From: Octopus bimaculoides | Lineage: Eukaryota | Direction of reading: 5' to 3' | Length of the DNA stretch: 62,399 nt | NCBI RefSeq assembly: GCF_001194135.2 | Contig: NC_068984.1 | Coordinates: 100,506,063-100,568,461, forward strand | Shown here: positions 12,883-26,299 of the stretch, piece by piece | Numbering within the stretch: the stretch's first letter is position 1 | Layout: every line of letters starts with the position of its first letter | Position numbers and translations under genes: made by a program | The notes under the pieces: model-generated | Told to the model about the DNA's origin: nothing | The model's input: only the letters and a program-made list of their open reading frames with translations | The model's database searches: none

Positions 12883-13739
12883 ACACCCACACACACACAC
12901 ACACATATATATATATACGTATGTATATGTATATATATATATATATATATACGTATGTNNNNNNNNNNNNNNNNNNNNNNNNNNNNNNNNNNNNNNNNNN
13001 NNNNNNNNNNNNNNNNNNNNNNNNNNNNNNNNNNNNNNNNNNNNNNNNNNNNNNNNNNNNNNNNNNNNNNNNNNNNNNNNNNNNNNNNNNNNNNNNNNNN
13101 NNNNNNNNNNNNNNNNNNNNNNNNNNNNNNNNNNNNNNNNNNNNNNNNNNNNNNNNNNNNNNNNNNNNNNNNNNNNNNNNNNNNNNNNNNNNNNNNNNNN
13201 NNNNNNNNNNNNNNNNNNNNNNNNNNNNNNNNNNNNNNNNNNNNNNNNNNNCATAGAAGACGAACTTTTTTTCGAACAACGAAAAAAACAAAAGAAACAA
13301 GTCATGCAACATAAAGAACATTCCTTCCATCAGTTGTCCCCTGTTTTATCTACTTCGCGTTTGTGTCTCAAAGCAAATAAAGCTATAAACGATAGCGCGT
13401 TAACATTGGGCTAAAATACTTTGGATAGAGTAAGTCGAAGGCTACCCGTGGAATCTAAACCCACATCTGAAAACATGACTGACGTCCTACAATTTTGACT
13501 AATGCAATGCTGTCTCACACTCGGCCCAGTCAAGCGCCGAGTGGATGTATATGTATGTTCACGAGTACCAAAGACAATTAGGGAAAGCGTGATACGAGCT
13601 GCCAAGTCGCTCTCGCTCTCAAATGACCAGCAGGATCAAGAATATCTGTGCTCACGATTAGATAGACACCTAAGCCCATTAGTAAATGAATGGTGCATGC
13701 TTGGTACCAGACTATCGCTGATTCTTAATGTCAGCTGTA

Positions 13740-13802
<63 letters not shown>

Positions 13803-14216
13803 NNNNNNNNNNNNNNNNNNNCACGCAGTAATACTCGCGCACAAAGCAACGAGGAGCAAAATAAAATTGTATACATCTATTCTAACACGCTCGTATTCAC
13901 TGGAACGTGAAAAGCATCCGCCACAGGATTTACTTTTCGAAAAAAGACATTATGGGAAAAGATACATAGAATCAAGTTCCAAATGACGTCAGTGAACTAC
14001 CAAACACGGTGTTTCTGTGTTTATTCTGCTTCTTGAAATTTAAGACCCGTATATTAGATCAATTCCGGCTTGATAAGCCTCGATACATACACCAGCTTTG
14101 TTTGCTGTTTTCTATATATAGGAACAGAAGTTCCGGTTTAACTCTTTGTGACTCAGGCGGCATCTGTCACTCAATGGCAAAATCAAACCAAAACTGTGTA
14201 TGACCGTCCATTGATT

Positions 14217-14362
14217 AATGGCGTAGCTAGAAAGTGTATCATCCAGGGCAGCCGTTGATTTCATTACCCAGCCATGGGCCCCCTCCAAGCCTATTACAGA
14301 TTTATCCAACTGAACGGAAATTGCCAGCACCATGAAAGTGCCACTCTTTCTAGCTACGGTTC
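14217..14362. mobile_element. Small non-autonomous DNA-transposon-like element
   Basis: 13-bp inverted repeat CGTAGCTAGAAAG (14222-14234) / CTTTCTAGCTACG (14346-14358) around a GGGCCC core. Confidence 0.45.
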
Positions 14363-17300
14363 TTTGTTAACGTCATTTGGTGCTTTTTTCGATGGGTTTT
14401 TACAGAAAGGCTGAAGTAAAAATATTTCTTCGAAGCTGAATTCTGCAGCAAATGCTTTTTTGTACGCGTTCAAGTGTACAGTAGAGTGTTCAAGGTCAAT
14501 CTGTACCAAGTGGCTTCGATCTCCGTTACCACAGCAACAGTCACGATATCCATCCATCCATCCATCCATCCTTCTATCCATCTATACATGCATACATGCA
14601 TGCATACATACATACATTCATGTATGCATACACGCGCGCGCGCACACACATTTGATGTACATCGTCGAAGTCAAATCATGCCCGAGTTCTACAGCTTCTT
14701 AGAATGTAAATTTCTTGGATATTGCCATGGATCACTGAAAGAAGACAACAACTCGGTGAGGAATTGCTGGCGATTTTCAGAATTAGGCAAGCTCTGTTTA
14801 GACCACTGAGCAGCCCTTTCCAAGGAAAGAACTGCTGCTCATCTGTGAAATTGATAGGATATAGAAAAATGTCAAAGAAAGGTCGAACAGATATGGACGA
14901 ATGCCTATATCGCCACGATAATGTATTTCCACCGCATAATCATATCGCATATCGGACAACATGTGACCAGGATAAAACATCTGGTCTTTCATTTCCTGTT
15001 GAAGGGACGGGTTTCGTTGTTTCAGAGTGGTTATTTATTGCGAGTAGGGAAGGCGACAGAGAGAGGTATTCTAACAGAATTAGACATCTTTTGTCTGATG
15101 ATATTCCTCATGTTAGAAGCTCAGGAGAGAATCTCGCTGTAAATAAATAGGTTCTGACCCACACATACCGAAAAAAAAAATAAAGAGGGTCGATTGGTCG
15201 AAAATTGGTTTAAAATTCTTGGATCATAGGAAAATTCTTGACCAGATAGACCTGTTGAACGGCACCCACTTCCTTATTGCGTTGGGGTATAGACGGCCTA
15301 GGTGCCATACATCTCCCGGCTGGAACCAAATCAATGATAATCAGTGTGGCTACCAAAATCTAGAATTAAATCCCCAAAACATGAATAACAACTGTAATAA
15401 TAACAGCAACAATTACCAAAAACAATGTCGAGACTACCGAGAAGTGAAGCAGAAGAGGAACCACTTCTCCACAAGATTAAACACAAACACAATAACAACC
15501 ACATCGAAAAGAACAGATAAAAACTACGGAATAAACAACAGTAACCAAACATGCGACAGCAGCTCCAAAGAAAGCAACGATCAGAACATAGACAACAACA
15601 ACCTACACATACAGTTTAGCTACACCATCCTAAATACGACGAGAGAGAGCACCAACAAAATTCTTCCATATCTGAAACCAAATCGACTTCTTGAGACGAC
15701 CATATCAGAAATGTAAAGAGATATATTGAAATTTTATGAAGGACATTATAGACTTTCGAAAAAGACGGAAAATTCAGTGATGCAAGCAACGGTTGGAATT
15801 CCTGGTGTTCTGAACGTAAAGTTACTTTTTCTACTTTTTGGGTGACCGAATGGAGTTGCAGTATTTCTTCAGGAATGTTTGGATCTTGTAATAAGGATGA
15901 TATATTTGTACTCGGATGGTCTTAGACGTGAGAAGTAACAAAGGTAGGCCCTTCAGACTAGAGGCTGTCTATTCCCTGACTGAGACCGAGCGATTAAACT
16001 TATTCAGGCACCTAGAAACGTTTTAAGGATCATCCCATTCAGTAGTGTTGGTGGGTGATTGAAATGGCAGACAGGGATTACGTGGGAGGAGATGATAAAA
16101 GAGAGGAGTGGAAGTGGACATAAAGACTTGCTCAGACATTTTCAAGTGTATAGAAGATACTGGCAATATTTCATTTATGTGTCAGTGGGATCTTAGAGAA
16201 ACTAAATTATCAGGTCGAATCAAGATATAGTTTCTACGTCATCTGCAAATAAGGACAAAATGAAATGTTCATAATTTCGAGTATTTAACTACACAGATCA
16301 ATCTAGATGGGGTACATAGACAGGGACTCAGTGAGGGCGATCGTCGACAACTGGTGGTGGGTCTCTCCGAGGTGAGGAATTAAGGGAGAATCGGTAGGGG
16401 GTTAGCAAAGAAGTAGTTATAACATACAAAAGATTAGAGGGAAATTAAAAGGGGTGATTAGGAAAGACATCAAGGCGTTAGCGTGCTGGCAGCGAAAAGA
16501 ATGGTACACGACCATTCCTTCGCCACGAAACATGAAGGTTGCATTTTCGGAATTAAGACGCGTGTTCTCAGACACGAAAAAGCAAAAACCATCTGACGGG
16601 TCTGAATAGAAGAGCTGTAACATGGAAACAAACGTATAATCTGTCCTTGATGAACTACGTGTGTTGAATGTCATTCGGTTCCAGGTAGATATGATTGGCT
16701 TTGGGGCTGTGTGTTACCTAACTGATTGAGGAAAAGTGGAAGACAGGAAATTCTGCTTAAATAGCAAGACGCGATTTTCGCTGTGTAAAGCCCTTCTCTG
16801 AAAGTGTGACGTCTAGCCTGTTTTATAAATTACTTAAATTTCAATTATTTTCTTTGTACTGGAAGGATAAAATGTAAAGATATTCAAAACTGAAATTTTC
16901 AGAACTTGTAGAAAATTTTAGAAAGTTTAGAAACCACATTTAGACATTTTTCTTCTTTACAAATATATTTCGTTTCAAAGCAGAATTACACAGAAATATC
17001 ATGTCACGTTCTTTGACAATCTCAAACTATCAGCTCTTTTTTTTTTTTACCCGGTATGCCAAGCGACACGAAGTCCTAAAATGGCGATGTCTATTATTTT
17101 CCTTTTGCATGTTCTCTCTCGGTCATTGTAACCGCCTGCTATGCTGGAAAGAAGAGAAAACAATGCATTATTCCTGTCGTCAAAAAGATGCACTTTTTCT
17201 GAAACTGCAACTCTTACCACGCTATCTTGGTTCGACGTCTATGCATGTTTGTGAATGTGAAAATGTGTGAGTGTGCGTGTGCGTGTGTGTATGTGTGTAT

Positions 17301-18590
17301 GCGTGTGTGTGTACGTGTGTGTGTGTGTGTGTCTGTGTTTGTGTGTGCGCATGCGTGTGTGCGTATGTGTGTGAGCGGTTTGCTGTCACTTGGAAAATGG
17401 AATGCAGCGTTCAACTCTCTCTGCAGTTCCTTGTCTCCATCGAAATGGTTAATACCAGAGAGTGTCATTGTTTCCAAATATGTCTTGCTGTTAACTTAGG
17501 TTCTATGGAGCAATAATAACCTATCTATGGAGCAATAATCACTTATGAAATCTATCGTCTGCTCAGCATGGTGACGTTATCGCAGTAGCAGCAGCAGCAA
17601 CAACAGAAGAAGAAGAAGAAGAAGAAGAAGAAGAAGAAGAAGAAGAAGAAAGATTTAAATCCCAGTGCACTCCCTTGCGTACGAACCGCCTCACGATATA
17701 AAGAGCAGTTTACGGGGGGTTTAGAGTTAGGGTTAGTACAAAAGGCTTTTTTTTAAATTACAGACATCCTTCAGAGAGAGCTGACTAAGAAAGCAAATAG
17801 ATACAGAAAGAAAGAAGGAAATATTCAATAAAAGAGACTGAGAAAAGTTGCTGTCTTCTATACCAATAGGAGACAGAGGTATCTGACTCTCACTCCCTCC
17901 CTCTCTCTCTCTCTTTCATATATATATATATATATACATACATATATATTTAATGAATGTGTATATATATATATCTCCATACCTGCACACACGCACAAAG
18001 TTTCAATGAATACGTATGTACTGTATTCATTGAAATTGTGTATATATATATATATATATGTGTGCGTTTGTGTATGTTTGTGGGTGTGTATGTGTGTGTG
18101 TATGTATGTGCGCGCGTGCGTGCGTGCGTGCATGTGCTTATACCTGTGCATAGAAATGAAATAAGAAGAAATGGAAGAAATAAGAGAGAAGAGTAGCAGG
18201 GTGGACCTAACAAGTCGTATTTAACCAAACCTATCACTGAAGGGGATCTTGTTTACTTAGTTACAGAGTCGAGACGAAAAATATATAATTGAGATCTGAC
18301 TACCAGGGTTTCGACCGACTTCGCGCCTTCTTAACAATCTTCTGGTGAAAACAGACGACAGCGAATAATTGACTTTATTTTGAGACTCGTCACTGATTTT
18401 ATTTTATCTATCTATCAGTCTATCTATCTGTCTATCTGTCTGTCTGTATACATTCATACATACATACATGCATACATTCATACATACATACATACATTCA
18501 TACATACATACATGCATACATAAATACATACATACATACATACATACATGCATACATACATACATACATACATACATATTTATGTATATA

Positions 18591-19800
18591 CTAGCTGAAT
18601 CACCGCCCTCCGGAAGATTGATTCTGCTAGTACATATCTAAACTCCTGTTCGTAGTTTGAAAGTAAAATGTGAAACTTACTACAATTTTCTTAAAGAATT
18701 TCGTTATAGACAACGTTGTCAGAGCAGATTCCTTTTATACCCTTATACTCTGAGGCCAAAGCCAATACATGCACATTGTTCTCAAAACCAACCCTGCTGT
18801 TGGCAACATAGAACTGGCTATGGCTGAACACAGGTGTCGGCTTGTAAATTCCAGCTTTCTCTAAGGTCTGGCCCTGGGATTTGTTTGATGTCATTCCAAA
18901 AGCCGGCTTCACAGGAAACTGCTTCCTGGAAAATGAGAACGGATACTCTTTAGTGGTGGTCAGTGGAATTCGTGGTATCATTATTCGGATTCCAGCATGT
19001 GTCCCATTGGCCACTTCTACTTCAGTAAGGTGGTTGTGCAGATTCAAGGCTATATATCTTGTTCCGTTGCAATGACCTTCTGACGGATCAAGGTTTCTGA
19101 GCAGCATAATGGAATAATGCTTCTTCAAAACCAAAATGTGTGGTGGAAACCCTGATGGATTGCGATCATTGATCAGTTCTACCGGGAACTCATTCTCGTT
19201 TTCGTGTAAAGTGTCAGAGCTTCGATAAGTTTTACTATCTCCTTGTAGAAGTTTCGACATGACAACTGTATTCACTTCTTCAGCAGCCTTGTTTGTAGGA
19301 GTAATGATGGCACTGCTGCTCATCCATAGTCCCTCTCCATATTTCTCATCAATATCCCTGAAGACCACTTCACAAAGGCCCTGTAGCCTTGTAGAATCAA
19401 TCAAATGCAATGGAGAGACAGCAGTGGCAACAGCAATATGACCTTGTGATCGAACTTCAGCGAGAATCAGATTGATTGTGTAAGTCTTCTCAGAGCCACC
19501 ACTCGCGTTCAAGCAAAATATTTTCCCCTCCTTCTTTATAACTGATCCAACAACTTGGTCAAAGATAGACTTCTGTTCAACATTTAGTGTTGGATACCTC
19601 TCGAAAACTCGGTCACAGAGAGCAGCTTTATCAAAATTGAGCTCTTCCTGCAGTATCATTGGCAGAACTTCTAGTTCACTTTCAAAATCTGGCTCTGGAA
19701 GACCAAAATTTGCCATTGTGACTTCTTCTCTGACCAGTCTTACTTTGATGGAAAGCAGGACCTCGTTGTAAAGGAATTATTTTGGTTTTCCAACGTGGTT
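18591..19800 (-). mobile_element. Helitron 3' end with internally deleted PIF1-like helicase ORF
   Basis: ORF 18691-19716: NASGGSEKT (degenerate Walker A), LLRNLDPSEGHCNGTR, RKQFPVKPAFGMTSNKSQGQTL, VFSHSQFYVANSRV, NVVYNEIL*. Followed by a GAATCA..CCG/CGG..TGATTC hairpin and the terminal CTAG|T at 18591-18594. Confidence 0.92.
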
Positions 19801-20193
19801 TTGCCTTTTTTTTTTGTCAATTACCACTTCTCAAACTACAGCTCTCAATAAGAGGTGGTAAGCATAAAGAATAGTAGGAGAGTCATTANNNNNNNNNNNN
19901 NNNNNNNNNNNNNNNNNNNNNNNNNNNNNNNNNNNNNNNNNNNNNNNNNNNNNNNNNNNNNNNNNNNNNNNNNNNNNNNNNNNNNNNNNNNNNNNNNNNN
20001 NNNNNNNNNNNNNNNNNNNNNNNNNNNNNNNNNNNNNNNNNNNNNNNNNNNNNNNNNNNNNNNNNNNNNNNNNNNNNNNNNNNNNNNNNNNNNNNNNNNN
20101 NNNNNNNNNNNNNNNNNNNNNNNNNNNNNNNNNNNNNNNNNNNNNNCCCATATAGATGTTGACACTCTCCCGTTACCCACGGTTCCTCATGCC

Positions 20194-20769
20194 AACACAG
20201 GAACATGTATCATACATCAAAACACAGGAACATGTATCATACATCAAAATGAAGCTGGTCCTCTGTGGATCACATCCCTACTTCTCAACATAATTACCGT
20301 TTCTCTCAATAGCAATGAACCACCTTCGAATGAGAGTATGTATCCCTGCCCCGTAAAATTCTGTTGACTGTTCTTTAAGCCACTTCTTCAGTACAGTTTT
20401 CACTTCCTCGTCACTGGAATAATGTTTGCCTCTCGTACCTTCTTTCATGGGGCCGAAGAGATGACAATTCAGTGACGATGATAGTTCAGTGACGATGATA
20501 GTCCAGTGACGATGATAGTCCAGTGACAAGGAAGTGAAAACTGTAGTGAAGAAGTGGCTTAAAGAACAGTCAACAGAATTTTACGGGGCAGGGATACATA
20601 CCCTCATTCAAAGGTGGAACATTGCTATTGAGAGAAACGGTGACTATATTGAAAAATAGGGATGTGATCCACAGAGGACCAGTTTCATTTTGATGTATGA
20701 TACATGTTCCTGTGTTGGTAATTATACCTGTCCTAAACAAAATAGCGTTACTTTTTGACTCACCCGCTT
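20194..20769. mobile_element. Mariner transposase 3' end duplicated as an inverted repeat, with right TIR
   Basis: Minus ORF HLFGPMKEGTRGKHYSSDEEVKTVLKKWLKEQSTEFYGAGIHTLIRRWFIAIERNGNYVEK*. Arms 20221-20418 and 20519-20716. TIR-like GCGTTACTTTTTGACTCACCC at ~20744-20765 just before TA. Confidence 0.9.
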
Positions 20770-21225
20770 ATATATATTTTAATATATATATTTTAATACG
20801 GAGCATATAATTCAAGAGAAAATATTTGCGAAGATATTGACTCTATTATTATCTAGTGTAACAATGAAAAAATGATAACAGAATCAATAATATAGGCGAT
20901 TGTAGGCCCCAGAAGCATTAAATAGCTGAAGGATTAAAATGTCCTTTGTTTAATTTTAATCTTTCAGCCACACACACACACACACACACACACACNNNNN
21001 NNNNNNNNNNNNNNNNNNNNNNNNNNNNNNNNNNNNNNNNNNNNNNNNNNNNNNNNNNNNNNNNNNNNNNNNNNNNNNNNNNNNNNNNNNNNNNNNNNNN
21101 NNNNNNNNNNNNNNNNNNNNNNNNNNNNNNNNNNNNNNNNNNNNNNNNNNNNNNNNNNNNNNNNNNNNNNNNNNNNNNNNNNNNNNNNNNNNNNNNNNNN
21201 NNNNNNTATATATATATATACATAC

Positions 21226-21260
<35 letters not shown>

Positions 21261-21299
21261 GTTAGTTAGTCTGTTAGTTAAACTTAGTCTAATCTTGGG

Positions 21300-23720
21300 C
21301 AAATTTACAGTTATATTTATCTCTACCTATGTTCGGCGGTCTGGTCTGGCAGATAAACTGAAAGATCATTTGTGCAAAGTTCTATCACAGATTACCTCGA
21401 TTACGAATGACAATGATTTCATTATCGTGGCTGGCGCCGTCAACGGGACATGATGGACAGAGCACAGATGGAGTCCAGGGGATGCATGGAGATGCTAAAA
21501 AGGAAAGGGGAACAAGGTTGCTGGAGTTTTGTGATGCAAATGACTTGATTATCTGTAACACTAACGTCACGAAACCAGCCAGTCACTTGATCACTAATCA
21601 ATATGGTAGACACGCAAGTTAGATTGACTACAATGTCATTAGAAAACAGAACAAACAGATGCTTGTAAATACAAAATCTTTGCCGATGAAAAATGCACAA
21701 CCCAGTGTGGGTTAGTGGTTAGTGACTTCAGACTTAGAGCTAGGAGTCAGAGAAACAAACCAGTCTGGAAAAGAGATATGGAAACTCAATGATCAAGCAG
21801 AAGTTAGAATGTTAGAATGTTAGAAAAATTCCAGTTGAAGCATTTGACGAAAAAGAGGAGTTACAGACGTATAGCATAGAGGATAACTGGAATTTCCTAT
21901 GGAACCTACTGAGGGCTACAGACCAAATCTGTGGCTGGTGCAAATTCTGGACAGTGAGTACAGATGGATAATGTCACGCTTACACCTAGTGATTCTGAAG
22001 GGAAAGAGACATGAAAGTGCTTCTATGAAAAGCTATTAAACATGGAGAGTGTTTGGAAGAAAGGGGATCTTTTTAACGTGGATCCAATAGAGGGACTAAC
22101 TATCCTAGTTGATAGCAGTATGGTAGATGAGGCGAGTAAGGATATGAAGGTAGGGGAAGGCCCTGGTCCATCAGGAATCACTGCTGAGATGCTTAAAATA
22201 TCTTATGGATTAAGATATGACCTAGTCGCTCATATAGTTAATCAGATTGTACTGGAAAGTGTCTTACTCAATGGCTAGTGTAGCAACATTTGCAAAACTA
22301 AAGACAATGCTTTAGATAAGAATAATTGCAGAGATATCAAATTGCTGGACCCGGCCATGAAAGTTACAGAGATAGTTATGACTCAGTTAACTAGGAAAGG
22401 AATTAGGTCAGATGAGATGCAGTTTGTCTTTGCGCCAAGGAGAATTACTGTTGATGCTCTCTATTTAGTAAGACAACTACTGGAGACATATTTACCTAAA
22501 CGTAAACCATTAGACTTAGCATTCGCCGATCTGGATAAAGCTTTCGTCATAGTTCCTCTTTAGTGATCTGGTGGTCCCCGAGAAAGCTAGGAGTAGGCGA
22601 GTTGCTTGTGAGAGCCATAGAAGCCATGTGCAGAGATGCTGTCAGTAAGGTAAGAGTTAGCCACAGCTACAATGACGAATTTAGAATACAGGTAGGAGTT
22701 TACCAGAGCTCTGTTCTCAGTCCCTCCCTATTCACCATAGTCCTCCAGGCCACAACAGAGGAATTTAAGACTGGCTACCCTTGGAAACTACAATACGTTG
22801 ATGACTTTGTTTTCATTGCGGAATTCTAGGTGTGGAAGCAAAACCTGCAATCAAATCCCATTAAAGCTAACTTAGTAAAGAACAAAGCTCTAGTAAATAG
22901 GAAAATGGCTCAATTTGATATGTAGAAAAGGTGTAAGCAGGAATTCCATATGGTATACTCTGTACAAGCTATTGATCCATAAAAGGTGCAATGGAAGCAC
23001 AGAAGAGTTAATAGAGGAAGTAGACTTCATGTGTGGAAGATGTGCAGGAACAATAATCATTAAGAACACGGTAGTAGCGGGGAGGAATCGATTTTTCACA
23101 AATTCTCTGCAGTAGTAAATAGTTTCTGTTACCTAGGTGACCTAATTAGCAGTGGAGTAGGATGCTCTGAAAGTATAGGTGCTAGAACAAGATTAGGATG
23201 CAGAAAGTTCAGAGAGTTATTACCTCGGGAGCCAACAAAATGTCTATCTGTCACTCTGTTTCTCTCTGTTTCTCCCCCCTCTCTCTCTCAGAGTGAAATG
23301 TAGATGGCATCATGCTTGTGTGCGAACAGCANNNNNNNNNNCCTCTCTCCCCCTCTCCCCTCCCCCTCTCTCTCTCAGAGTGAAATGTAGATGGCATCAT
23401 GCTTGTGTGCGAACAGCAATTCTACGAAGTAGTGAGTCGTGGGCCCTGAATGAGGAAGACATGCAAAAGACTAGGGAGGAATAAAGCTCGTATGCTTCGT
23501 TGGATGTCCAATGCCATGTGTGTGGATGAAGACAGCTGTATAAAGAAGAGGTAGTCACTTAAAGAGGATGGAACTTGTGGAAGAGTTAGATCCAGGAAGA
23601 CATGGGATGAAGTCAGTTCTCAAGATACTGAGTCTCACGGAGGAGATAGCAAAGGACCAAGATGACAGTCGATTCGCTGGGATCAAAAAGACCTGTACGT
23701 CACGGTGAAAATAAAACCCT
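21300..23720 (+). mobile_element. RTE-clade LINE (endonuclease + RT), pseudogenised
   Basis: GTRLLEFCDANDLIICNT; GPSGITAEMLK; LAFADLDKAF; VGVYQSSVLSPSLF; LQYVDDFVFIAE; FCYLGDLIS. Multiple stops and frameshifts. Confidence 0.92.
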
Positions 23721-23739
23721 GAAAGCGTTTTGTACATGC

Positions 23740-25202
23740 CTGTGCATGCTAGGCCCAGACCTTGCACCAAATCTACCCTGTCAAGTATTCCCCAAATTTC
23801 ATTCTCTCTACACACGTCCCACCATCACTTCTTTAACTATGGAATTACTTGGTCGCTGTAATAAATTCAGAGCAGAATCGGCGCATTCCATCTCCACTTT
23901 TTGTGCTACCAGTTACCTCCTTCTCATTCTTAAACCTATTAATATCCATCCCTCATTCTCATTATCATTCTTTCCCACATAATTTTCATCAGTCACCATC
24001 TTCCTGTTCCTTCAGTTACCTCTCTCTCCTTTGAGCTTCGTCTTAGGCCTGCCATACGATATCTTAACACATTTCTACATGTGCTATCATCCTCAACTCC
24101 CTCTGATATCTGCGACCAATGTACCCACTACGATGTCGCCCACTCACCACAGCTACTCTCGCAAACCTCTGACCTCCCTCTCTGTCACTGTACCTCTCAC
24201 TTTCCCCACTCTTACATCATCCTACTTTCCGATCTATCCTCCTTCTTCAACCACTTCTATACCCTCTCCATACTGATATTTCCCATCAACCGTATCCACA
24301 CTCTTGTTCATCATTCACTATATTCACCTCTACCCCTATCTCTAGCTATCTGTTACTCTCCTTTTACTCTTTTATGAAATTACAAGCTCTCTCTTTCCTC
24401 CTTGATCCACAGTCCATATTCTCTCTTATAGTCACCTTCTACATTGAAAGTTCGCCCTTGCCCCTTGTAATCACCATCTTTATCGTCTTCCATCTATCCT
24501 CACGGATCCTTATGCAATTCAGGCTAGCCATCTCCCTAACCGACCCCTCCCCTCCTTCAAACGAGCCCACAACCTATGAGACCTCTTGGTACACAGCTTC
24601 TTTCCTAACCCAACCTCCCAACCTGGCTCGTTCCCTTGCTCCCGCCCACGCTGTCGCACTTGCTCTTAACTCTCTAACACACCCTCCTCACCGGCACCCA
24701 TCACGGACCCTATCATATCACCGACTCCTTCACCTACACTTCTACCAATGTCATCTACTGCATCTCCTGCTCTCTCTGCCTTTCTCTATACATCGGGCAA
24801 ACGGGACACTGCTTGGCTGACCGGTTCACGGAACACCTCCGAGACATCCGACTCGGCACTGACACCCCGGTCTCGCGCCATTTCCGCTCAACCGGTCACT
24901 CTTTGCAATCCCTGTCTGTGTTCGGATTGTCCTTGCACAGGGGCCATCCGGACTCCCGTCTTCGCTGTGAACAGGGTTTAATCTTCTCTCTTCGCTCCTT
25001 TGCGTCACAAGGGTTCAACCCACCTCCCCTCTCCTCTCTTCCTCTCACACCTACTTCCTCCCACCCACCTTTCCTCTCTTGCTCCGACTCCTACTTCTCT
25101 TCACTCCCACTCAGTTATATATATTCTCCTTTTTCTCTTCACTCCTACCCACTTTCTCCCTTCCCCCTCTTCCTTCATCGCCCCCCTCTCGTAACCTTAC
25201 TC
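23740..25202 (+). mobile_element. Poseidon-like PLE fragment, internally deleted, retaining GIY-YIG endonuclease
   Basis: FPCSRPRCRTC...FTYTSTNVIYCISCSLCLSLYIGQTGHCLADRFTEHLRDIRLGTDTPVSRHF at ~24630-25020. C/T-rich strand. No RT catalytic region seen between the 5' part and the endonuclease. Confidence 0.88.
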
Positions 25203-26299
25203 NNNNNNNNNNNNNNNNNNNNNNNNNNNNNNNNNNNNNNNNNNNNNNNNNNNNNNNNNNNNNNNNNNNNNNNNNNNNNNNNNNNNNNNNNNNNNNNNNN
25301 NNNNNNNNNNNNNNNNNNNNNNNNNNNNNNNNNNNNNNNNNNNNNNNNNNNNNNNNNNNNNNNNNNNNNNNNNNNNNNNNNNNNNNNNNNNNNNNNNNNN
25401 NNNNNNNNNNNNNNNNNNNNNNNNNNNNNNNNNNNNNNNNNNNNNNNNNNNNNNNNNNNNNNNNNNNNNNNNNNNNNNNNNNNNNNNNNNNNNNNNNNNN
25501 NNNNNNNNNNNNNNNNNNNNNNNNNNNNNNNNNNNNNNNNNNNNNNNNNNNNNNNNNNNNNNNNNNNNNNNNNNNNNNNNNNNNNNNNNNNNNNNNNNNN
25601 NNNNNNNNNNNNNNNNNNNNNNNNNNNNNNNNNNNNNNNNNNNNNNNNNNNNNNNNNNNNNNNNNNNNNNNNNNNNNNNNNNNNNNNNNNNNNNNNNNNN
25701 NNNNNNNNNNNNNNNNNNNNNNNNNNNNNNNNNNNNNNNNNNNNNNNNNNNNNNNNNNNNNNNNNNNNNNNNNNNNNNNNNNNNNNNNNNNNNNNNNNNN
25801 NNNNNNNNNNNNNNNNNNNNNNNNNNNNNNNNNNNNNNNNNNNNNNNNNNNNNNNNNNNNNNNNNNNNNNNNNNNNNNNNNNNNNNNNNNNNNNNNNNNN
25901 NNNNNNNNNNNNNNNNNNNNNNNNNNNNNNNNNNNNNNNNNNNNNNNNNNNNNNNNNNNNNNNNNNNNNNNNNNNNNNNNNNNNNNNNNNNNNNNNNNNN
26001 NNNNNNNNNNNNNNNNNNNNNNNNNNNNNNNNNNNNNNNNNNNNNNNNNNNNNNNNNNNNNNNNNNNNNNNNNNNNNNNNNNNNNNNNNNNNNNNNNNNN
26101 NNNNNNNNNNNNNNNNNNNNNNNNNNNNNNNNGCACAAGACCTGAAGCTTTGGTGAGATCTTATCCACACCAGTAATATTACCGACTCCTGAAGAATGAA
26201 AGGCAAAGTCGACATCAGCGGAATCTGAACTCAGAAGGTAAAGAGGGGTACCATGTAGTTAGGAAGCAAGCTTCTTACCACACAGCTACGCCTGATTGT

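Noticed and set aside
14060-14090. GGCTT-ATC-AAGCC hairpin resembling a hammerhead stem II (similar weak case at 29185-29222)
   Set aside because: The flanking CUGANGA and GAAA boxes are not conserved.
17715-17735. TTAGAGTTAGGGTTAG telomere-like motif
   Set aside because: Only about two units, too short to call an interstitial telomeric repeat.
20470-20527. Short regular repeat array (CRISPR-like?)
   Set aside because: Contiguous 17-bp tandem units without spacers inside a eukaryotic mariner relic.
23262-23420. Direct duplication of ~50 bp on either side of an 11-N gap
   Set aside because: Typical unmerged contig-overlap artefact.
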